Assembly: GCF_004010195.1 (NCBI RefSeq)
Contig: NC_057719.1
Location: 91,256,852-91,276,851 of the forward strand
Source of the DNA: Chiloscyllium plagiosum
Taxonomy: Eukaryota
Direction of reading: 5' to 3'
Length of the DNA: 20,000 bases
Of the stretch, positions 12,456 to 20,000 are shown one piece after another (the first letter of the stretch is position 1; every line of letters begins with the position of its first letter). The notes under the pieces are model-generated. The model made no database searches and had not been told where the DNA came from. It saw nothing but the letters and a program-made list of their open reading frames with translations. The position numbers were made by a program, and so were the translations under genes.

Positions 12456-13910
12456 CACCTAATATGTTAACCATCATTATAAATCAATCTGGCCATTGAT
12501 AACACAAGTGCATTAGGGCTAATCCACTAATCTTCAAATTGTTTTTTTTTGTGTAGACGAGCTCTTCTTTTCAGATTTTCGTAGTTACACTATTTCATTA
12601 GCTCAGCTTTGGTCTGATGTTTTTTTCCAGCTGGAATCAATTTGAAGGGTACTGATCATCAGGTACAATATGTATACACTTAGCGCTGCAACATCATCAT
12701 AACCCTCAACATTGTAAAAATGACTAACCTCTATGTAGCTCTTTGGAATATGAATGTACAAACAGGTATGAGCCTCAGTCCTTTTCTCATTCAATATGTG
12801 GCTCAACATCTGCAGAGTTGCAGTTTCTGTAGCCCATCAAAACTACTTCATGCCAAATAGCTTGAACTATTTGCTTAAAAAGAGATACTAAAATGTGCCT
12901 CAAGAAAGGTCACACAAATGTAATGATTAACTGTTAATCTAAACAGCTGCATGAAAATAGCCTTTTGCATTGCATCACTAATCATTCAACCAACTTATCT
13001 GTGAGAACCTACTACTATCATATTAGATAATCCATGGCTGTTATAATCTTAATCCCGTTCTATTGACCTTTGTGCTATGCAATATAGTCTCCAGCATCAT
13101 TTATGCAGCAGGCCGCTATTCAGGCAAAATCAACTTCAACTATTTTTGAAAGTCGATTTGTGCTAAGCTTTGTATACCAATGATAAATTATGTCATTGGT
13201 GTTAAAAGCAACGTTAATTTAATTACTAGGGTAAAGCACTAACATTTAAATAGTCAACAGGAAATATTTCCAAATGATCAGTGCAGCAAATTGTAGAGAT
13301 TAGATGATGGACTTCCACTTTGCATTAGGGACAATGCAGAATGAGGCAGAAGATTTCATCAAGAAACAAAATCCAATTTCCTTTCAGGAGATATAAAGGA
13401 GGGAACTAGCTGTTAATAAGTAGAACTGTTGCTCAGTATCAGATCTTTTTAGAAAAGGGTGAGAAACACTCTTGCACACTATTATCTAGCATCTTCCGAT
13501 ACGGTGCTTAATCTAGGAGGTTTTAATACTGAAACAGGAGAGATGCAAAGGCAAGCACAGAGTATAATGGTCCCAGTCATATCTCTTTTCTTGAAAAAGT
13601 CTATTTTTTAGTTATGACAATCAAAGTATACAGTAAGTTATTGTTCACTCCTCCCAGTAAATATTGAGAGGGGTTTAGCCAAGGGCTAGTATAACAAGGA
13701 CTGTGTCCTCAGTCAAGGAACAAGGCATGGCATTACTATCCCACTCCATTATTCACCATTTTCCAATTAAAACGGCATGTAAACAATATGTTCTACATTA
13801 AAGTCTTAAACTGAAACAGAATATAGAGGAATTTAACTAAAATCCAAGCCACAGTGACCAAAGAACAATTATTGGGTTCTTTCACCACGATGGGTTCAAG
13901 ATCCACTCCA

Positions 13911-15230
13911 CAAGAACATAAGACATAGGAGCAGAATTCAGCCATTCAGCCCATCAGGTCTGCTCTGTCACTTGACCATGGTTGATATGTTTCTCAGCCC
14001 CATTCTCCTACCTTTTCCCAATAATGCTTGGTCCCTTCATTAATCAAGATAATTCTGTCTTAAATATATGTAATGACTTGGCCTCCACAGTCTTCTGTGG
14101 CAGTACGTGCCACAGATTCATCACCCTCTAACAGAAGAAATTCTTCCTCATCTCAGTTTGAAAAGGTTGTCTCTTCATTAAGTGTCTGTGCCTTTGGGTC
14201 CTAATCTCTCCAAGTCTCTCAGTATTCTGGAAATTTCAATCAGACCCATTCTCAACCTTCTAAATTCATCGAATACAGGCTCAGAGTCCTCAAATGTTCC
14301 TCATATGACAAGTCCTTTATCCACAAGATCATTGTCAGGTGCTTCTGGACCCCTCCAAAGCCAGCATATCCATCCTAAAATTTGGGCATCAAAAATGTTC
14401 AGAATATTCCAAATGTGGTGTGACCAGAGCCTTATACTGACTCAATGCACATCCCTACTTTTGTACTGTAGCCCTCTCGAAAAGAATGTAAATGTTGCAG
14501 TTGCCTTCCTAATCGCCAAATGAACCTGCATGTTAACTCTGAGAGAATTTTGAACTAGAGCTCCCAAGTTCCTTTGTGCTTCAGATTTCTGAAGCCTTTA
14601 CCCATTTAGAAAATAGCCTAAGTCTCTATTCTTCCTATCAAAGTGTTTAACCTCACATTTTTCCACAGTCTCCCATCTGCCAATTTGCCAATCTCTCAGC
14701 CTGTCCAAGTCCCTCTACAGCCTCCTTACTTCAATATTACCTAACTCTCCACCCATCTTTGTGTTATCCACAAACTTAGCAACAATGCCCTCAGTTCCTT
14801 TGTTAATGTATAATATGAATAGTTGTGCTCCCATTACTGATAGATGATTTAGATTACATCCACTGTCTGTCCTTTGTCTAAACTTTCTATTTAGCTGTTC
14901 AAAGAATTCTAACAGATTTGGAAAGCATGCCAAAGCTGTGCTGACTCAGCCCTATTGTACCATTTACTCCAAGTACTCCGCATTCTCATCCATAATAATG
15001 GATACTAAAATATTACCAACAACTAAGATCAGAACAATCAGCCTATAATTTCCTGTCTTCCGCTTCCCCTTCTTCTTAAACAGGGTTGTTACAGTAGCCA
15101 TTTTCTAGTTGTCTTGAATGCTCCCTGACTTCAATTACTCCTGAAACATACCACCAATGCCTCTACAATCTCTTCATCTATCTCCTTCAGAACCCTCGGG
15201 TATAGCCCATTCAATCCAGGTGATTTATGT
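13911..15230 (-). mobile_element. CR1 LINE, degenerate
   Basis: Tail aagaacataagacatagg; homologous to 8500-10600; NLLEFFE and KFVDNTKMGG motifs. Confidence 0.85.
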
Positions 15231-15269
15231 TCAGATCATTAGACTCCAAATACTTCAGTGCAAAATAGA

Positions 15270-15580
15270 AGCTTACTCTACAATGCAGTACTGCAGGACA
15301 GTTGTACTTTTGAAGGTCTATCTTTTTCTATTGTAGTGTCAAACCACACATCTGGTTTGGTTCTGGGAGGTAGACATAAAACATAAAAAAAAGCTCCTGA
15401 GGAAATATTTATCCCTCAACAACATCCAAAGACAATAAATTAATAAATTCTGCTGCTGAGTTTTGCTATGCTCAAATCAACAGCCGCTTTTTCAATATTA
15501 CATTGGCTACACTTTGAAAATATGTTCATTTGTGCTGTCCAAGGTCATGAAAGGCACAATAAATTCAAATTATCTCTTTT
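15270..15580 (+). mobile_element. DeuSINE (SacSINE1/AmnSINE1-like), old
   Basis: aatatttatccctcaac...ctacactttgaaaa...catgaaaggcac..aaattcaa resembles the recalled Deu-domain and L2-type tail consensus. Confidence 0.6.
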
Positions 15581-15905
15581 TATCTTAAGAAACTAGGAAT
15601 GAAGGGTCACCCACAGATGAGATTTATGCTCAAGCTTTCACCAAATAACTGGTTTCATCTGGGATATCATACACAGCACTAAGAGACAGTAATATTGAAG
15701 GTGGAACAAGGAACAGGAAAATAAATCAATGATTCTATTTATAGTCACACATCAATTCCTCTCACTTAACTGCGCACACATTTTTAGAATACACAGCACT
15801 TAGGAATATTTAAATAAGATTTGAATCAAGAGGTTTAGTTGTAAAATATAAAAATTCTACATGCAAGGAAATAATTGAAAGCAATAACTTTAAAATGGAA
15901 GCCAT

Positions 15906-15962
15906 GATGCGGAGGTGTCGGTGTTGGACTGGGATGGACAAAGTTAAAAATAATGTAACACC
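15906..15962. repeat. PLE terminal repeat, left half (target of the provirus)
   Basis: Matches 3064-3108 (ggaggtgccggtgttggact...aaaaatcacaacacc). Continues at 19512-19542 (..aggtttagtccaacaggtttatttgga). Confidence 0.85.
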
Positions 15963-16494
15963 TGTGGTCCCAATCCCACCTCAATCGAAGCAAAATGCTT
16001 TGAGACACAGTATGGCTTTACCTCCATCTTTATTCCGGGCACTGGAGGGAGAGAGAACGATTGCCCATGTGCTCGGACTTCTCTCGAACAACAGATTCTT
16101 AAATGAATTATGTAGTCACTTCTCCAAGGAGGAGCATCCAGAAAAAGCATCATACATGTTGATTGTAACAGTCACCCAATCAATAACTGTAATCATAAAG
16201 ATTAAGCCATCTGCTGTTACACAATGAATGTTCTTAACCTTGTTAACTGCCTTCACATAATGAATACTTTTCACCTTGTTAACTGACTTTACATACTGAA
16301 TGCTGCCTCATCTTGTTAAATAGCTTTACATAATGAATGCTTTCCCACCTTGTTAACCCATTACCCTTGCCTCCAGCACCCCACTGTTTACTGTAAGTTT
16401 TATCTGATCTGAGTCATGCTTAGCTGAACCTTTGTTTCATAAAACTCAAAACTTAACTCTTTCCCTATCTGCTCATACCTTATGCATTTTCTCA
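15963..16494 (-). repeat. 3' LTR
   Basis: Direct repeat of ~18954-19511; TG..CA ends; AATAAA on minus at 16029-16034; four ~37-bp U3 repeats. Confidence 0.92.
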
Positions 16495-16506
16495 TTCCCT
16501 CCTTTT
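16495..16506 (-). promoter_or_regulatory. Polypurine tract
   Basis: AAAAGGAGGGAA immediately before the TG of the 3' LTR. Confidence 0.88.
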
Positions 16507-16525
16507 ATCATTTCATGATAACCAC

Positions 16526-16790
16526 CTAGATGGCACTACTAGCTTTCATAAGACTCTGACAGCCAGTATTTAAGAAAGTTATTGACACACAGCATACAAT
16601 GATTATAATAACAAAAATTACTAGTCCGTTACAGTCAATAGAATTTGAACAATCCTCCCACGTGGGAAAAGGTTCACCAGTAAAGTTCTTAGATTCACAG
16701 TCCTTAGTGACCACTCCATCCCCTCCAAGTCAAGTGGAAACAAGCCAGTTCCCCAAAATTTCCTTCAGTAAAGTCCAACCTGAAAACAAA
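16526..16790 (-). pseudogene. Probable env transmembrane-subunit remnant
   Basis: Trp-rich segment (WTLLKEILGNWL..*LGG), then hydrophobic LVIFVIIIIVCCVSITFL and a short tail stopping ~20 bp before the PPT, the usual position of the env C-terminus. Confidence 0.5.
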
Positions 16791-16857
16791 ATTCAGTCTG
16801 TCCTTCTGCATCACTCCACAGAGAAATCTGAATTATTGGATAAGGGCAGTTAAATAC

Positions 16858-17169
16858 TTAACAAAACTGACGAGACTTCAGTCCTTGTGGAGATGCTTCA
16901 GATGGAGGATACCAGCGCATCTGAGTGTGCAGTGCAGCAGCTGCAGCAGCTGCAGCAGCAGGGCAGGTGAATGCAGAATTCTTTGTTGCTTCTGCTTCCA
17001 CTCTGCTGTTAAATATAACAAAGCCAACTGGCAGTTCTGATGTTAGCCTGATCAGTGAACCTTCATATCCCTTAAATGATCGAAAGACAAGGTAAAGCTC
17101 ACGTGGTTTAATATCCATAGGAAGGCCACTGACAAAAGCGTACAGACTCCCTCTTCACTTCATGCTCAT
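16858..17169 (-). pseudogene. RBPMS2: Processed, internally deleted RBPMS2 (hermes) retrocopy
   Basis: MSMK../EEGVCTL(1-bp deletion)VSGLPMDIKPRELYLVFRSFKGYEGSLIRLTSELPVGFVIFNSRVEAEATKN|SAFTCPAAAAAAAAALHTQMRWYPPSEASPQGLKSRQFC* matches the RBPMS family. GFVIF, poly-Ala and RWYP favour RBPMS2 over RBPMS. No introns. Confidence 0.92.
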
Positions 17170-17179
17170 GACTGGGGAG

Positions 17180-17345
17180 CTGATTGAATCTGTTGGATCA
17201 GGTTGTGGAGGGATGGACAGTGGTCTGAAGGCATGCTTTACCTGTGAATGAAGAAACTCTAGAGACGGTTAGCTGCTGAAGATATCTTTGCATTTCTTCT
17301 CTCATTCCTTCCTTGCCAAGGTGGATATCAGTATGAAGACAGTCA
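17180..17345 (-). pseudogene. Retroviral integrase remnants (N-terminal HxxxH joined to a C-terminal segment)
   Basis: LHTDIHLGKEGM (17303-17338) joined to EEMQRYLQQLT/SLEFLHSQVKHAFRP..PQPDP. Resembles ERV1/epsilon integrase motifs from memory. Confidence 0.6.
17242..17273 (-). promoter_or_regulatory. Putative env-type splice acceptor
   Basis: Minus strand gCTAAC..gtttcttcattcacAG|G: branch-point consensus ~26 nt before the AG, inside the integrase remnant. Confidence 0.55.
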
Positions 17346-18492
17346 CACATTTAACTCCACTAAATGGTGTTTGCCTATTTCAACATTCTTTGAATTCTTG
17401 AAGTCTGTTACTCTGTTCACTACTTATGACATTATCAAGTTTTATACAATCTATAAACTTCTAAACTGTACTGCCTAAACAATTCAGTCAATTATAAACA
17501 ACAGTCATCTTAAAATCAAACCCTCGGGGGACCCCATTCAGGTTATTCATAAATTATTTTCTTTTAACAAATTGATACTGGGCTAATGCGAAAGCTATCA
17601 GGAAAAGTATTTCAAACGTCTGGAACAGCAAGAAAACAATAAAATGTTTCCTGTGCTTTAGCAATTGAAGAGGCAGTTTGAGTTCAGATTTAAATCTCAA
17701 ATATTTGTGGAAAATAAATGCTGAATATTTTAAAATATGTTTTCCAAATGAAACTTCCCAAATAAAACAGTCAGAATTACAGTGGCAGCTTTGGTTGAGA
17801 TCAACATTGTTTCAATTTGCAATATGAAGGGTGCCAATGAAGTCTTAACAATAATTAACAGAACAAACAAATCAGCCTCAAGTTCTAATATTCTCTAAAA
17901 TCTGAACAAAACATCAAACTCAAAATGCACTGTTCTTTTTGTAAACACTGTGCATTAAAAACACAGCAAAGATATGTTAATACAATACTCTCATCTGGCT
18001 AAAGCATGACCATGACCCCATAGTTTTTTTTTGAAAAAAACGGGCATCGTGGAATTTCAAACAAATCAGGGGCTCAAGGCACTCAATCAATTTGTTTTAA
18101 GGTTACAAATTAGAAAATTTTAAAAAGGACAAAATGTTGTACACTTTCAGTGTAAAAACAAAATCTGCCCCATTACATAGTCCACAAAACACACTGAATT
18201 GAGATCCTGATTCAAACAAGGCAAAACAGTTACTTAAAAGGATTTTCTGCACCAGTATTTTAACAAACCAAAATTTTTAAACATGACACTCAACATGGCA
18301 CAACTAACATTGAAATTTTCCTTTTTCAACCCAAGTATCAATACAACCTTAATTTCAGTGTTTCTCATTTTTATTTGTTTTTTGCATCTTCTCACTGAAA
18401 TTACACTTATAAAAAGAGAAAGCCCTCGCAGCAGACCAAGCCACTCACTTCCCCCAGAACAAAGACTCAAAGAGCCACAAATTTCACCACCA

Positions 18493-18721
18493 GGAGTCCT
18501 TAACCCCTTTCGCACTTTACTCCTCATGGGGGCTTGAACCCCAATCAAACACAGGGGACTCGAATCTCATTTAAACACAGAGGACATCAATCCCACTTAA
18601 ACACAGAGCTTGAACCTCAAAACCCAGGAGACTAAGCCCAGTACAGCGCAGAGGACTCGAGCCTCAATTTAACCCACCCAGGGGACTCGAACCCCAACAC
18701 AGCACAGAGGTCGCGAACCTC
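18493..18721 (-). repeat. Array of ~9 short hairpin repeats in the proviral leader
   Basis: Units such as GGGG-TTCGAGT-CCCC, GAGG-CTCGAGT-CCTC, GAGG-TTCGCGA-CCTC, GGGG-TTCAAGC-CCCC, spaced ~22-35 nt apart. Confidence 0.75.
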
Positions 18722-18857
18722 TGTTTGTCAGCACGCTTACGAAAATGTGTCTTTCAACTGAACTAATTACTGTTTGAGGAGTCCGTAGAATAGAGAGCGA
18801 TCGAGCGAGGGGATCGTCTCGGGCATACAGGAATATCGAGGGGGACCAGGATTAAAA

Positions 18858-18866
18858 TCTTACCTT
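18858..18866 (-). promoter_or_regulatory. Putative major splice donor
   Basis: AAG|GTAAGA about 70 nt downstream of the PBS. Confidence 0.6.
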
Positions 18867-18934
18867 GTGGGCCCATCTGCTTTGAGACACCGATGTTCCA
18901 GGTGGCCGCTGACACTGATAATACCTTCACTTGG

Positions 18935-18952
18935 ATCCTGCCAACTAAGCGA
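18935..18952 (-). promoter_or_regulatory. Primer-binding site, tRNA-Ser type, degenerate
   Basis: TCGCTTAGTTGGCAGGAT versus recalled tRNA-Ser complement TGGCGTAGTCGGCAGGAT (15/18), adjacent to the 5' LTR end. Confidence 0.75.
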
Positions 18953-18953
18953 A

Positions 18954-19511
18954 TATTTTCATCCCATTTCCGCGCCCGCACCCCCTCAGTTGAAGCAAAA
19001 CGCTTAGAGACATAGTATGACTTTACCTCCATTATTATTCCAGGTCCTGGAGGGAGAGAGAGAAAAAACGATCGCTCATGTGCACAGAGACATGAGTTCT
19101 CGGTCTTCCCTCGGCAGATTCTTAATTAATTATGTAGTCACTTCTCCAGGGAGGAGCATCCAGATAAAGCAAATACTTACTAATTGGGTAACCGTTCAGC
19201 AAGTATCAATCGTAAAGATTAAACCATCTGCTGTTACATAATGAATGCCCTTAACCTTGTTAACTGGCTTCACATAATGAATACTTTTCACCTTGTTAAC
19301 TGACTTTACATACTGAATGTTTCCTCATCTTGTTAAATAGCTTTACATAATGAATGTTTTCCCACCTTGTTAACCCATTACCCTTGCCTCCAGCACCCCA
19401 TTGTTTACTGTAAGTTTTATCTGATCTGAGTCATGCTTAGCTGAACCTTTGTTTCACAAAACTCAAAACTTAACTCTTTCCCTACTAGCTCATATCTGAT
19501 GCACTTTCTCA
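18954..19511 (-). repeat. 5' LTR
   Basis: Direct repeat of 15963-16494; CCAAT and TATA-like AT tract on minus. Inner boundary approximate (TA instead of CA). Confidence 0.9.
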
Positions 19512-19541
19512 CGCCAGGTTTAGTCCAACAGGTTTATTTGG

Positions 19542-20000
19542 ATTTCCAGTGCGAGCAGCAGCGAAGGTAAGACCGTTTGGTTTTAAAAGTACTTACCGGT
19601 AGCGGGCAGCGGTGTTTTTTTTTTCTCTTTCACTCGCTCTTCACAGAAAGAGCGGGAGCACCAGGGGGAAGTGACGACGACCAGAGGGGCAGCCGGGAAG
19701 GAAAGCGGTGAGTATTTATACTCACCCTTCGAAGCGGTCGGTCATTTCCAGTGCGAGCAGCAGCGAAGGTAAGACCGTTTGGTTTTAAAAGTACTTACCG
19801 GTAGCGGGCAGCGGTGTTTTTTTTTCTCTTTCACTCTCTCTTCACAGAAAGAGCGGGAGCACCAGGGGGAAGTGACGACGACCAGAGGCGCAGCCGAGAC
19901 CCGGAAGCAGTTAGTGTAAGCTTACCTGGGTAGGTTTTTCCCCCTTTAAAAGCGCGAAGAGGAGAGAACAAGTATACCGTTTTGGATACTTGTGGGGGGG
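19542..20000 (+). mobile_element. Young CR1 LINE 5' region: CpG-rich 202-bp tandem monomers plus ORF1 fragment (runs off window)
   Basis: 19542-19695 is nearly identical to 19744-19896 with CpGs retained. 19967-20000 encodes NKYTVLDTCGG, resembling a CR1 ORF1 motif. Interrupts the PLE repeat at 19542. Confidence 0.6.

Larger units (their letters stand above)
15963..19511 (-). mobile_element. Defective endogenous retrovirus (ERV1/epsilon-like) carrying a captured RBPMS2 cDNA
   Basis: TG...CA outer ends, two ~530-560 bp direct repeats, 4-bp TSD CACC (15959-15962)/CGCC (19512-19515), PPT, PBS, integrase and env-like remnants. Splits a host repeat cleanly. Confidence 0.9.

Noticed and set aside
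12460..13900. Unique AT-rich stretch searched for host exons (also 3765-4690, 6300-6900, 10600-11100)
   Set aside because: No convincing splice-bounded reading frame or recognisable protein motif. A small exon cannot be excluded without alignment.
15895..16227. 110-aa ORF and its paralogous 74-aa ORF at 19017-19241
   Set aside because: Antisense reading of LTR sequence; frame not conserved between the LTRs.
16858..17118. Genuine RBPMS2 exon or functional locus
   Set aside because: Intronless across several recalled exon junctions, with a frameshift, a large deletion and substitutions at conserved residues (W>L, P>S), and located inside LTRs.
18528..18721. tRNA genes or a CRISPR-like array
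   Set aside because: Only T-arm-like hairpins, with no cloverleaf or A-box. Repeats are degenerate with short low-complexity spacers, in eukaryotic DNA with no cas genes.
19968..19993. Inverted repeat ACAAGTAT/ATACTTGT
   Set aside because: Lies within the putative ORF1 coding motif; an 8-bp stem is plausible by chance.

Overview
Repeat-dense, apparently non-genic vertebrate DNA. The repeat mix (CR1 LINEs, Penelope-like elements carrying minimal hammerhead motifs, a DeuSINE) suggests a cartilaginous fish such as a shark; this is inference. No intact host exon was recognised. The standout feature is a ~3.55 kb defective ERV1/epsilon-like provirus on the minus strand (15963-19511), inserted into a Penelope-type repeat with a 4-bp TSD. 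Its order is 5'LTR, degenerate tRNA-Ser PBS, splice donor, hairpin array, integrase remnant with splice acceptor, intronless internally deleted RBPMS2 cDNA, env-TM-like remnant, PPT, 3'LTR. It looks like a retrovirus that captured a cellular RNA-binding-protein mRNA in place of env. The window ends in a young CpG-rich CR1 5' region with 202-bp tandem monomers. All alignments and counts were done by eye.
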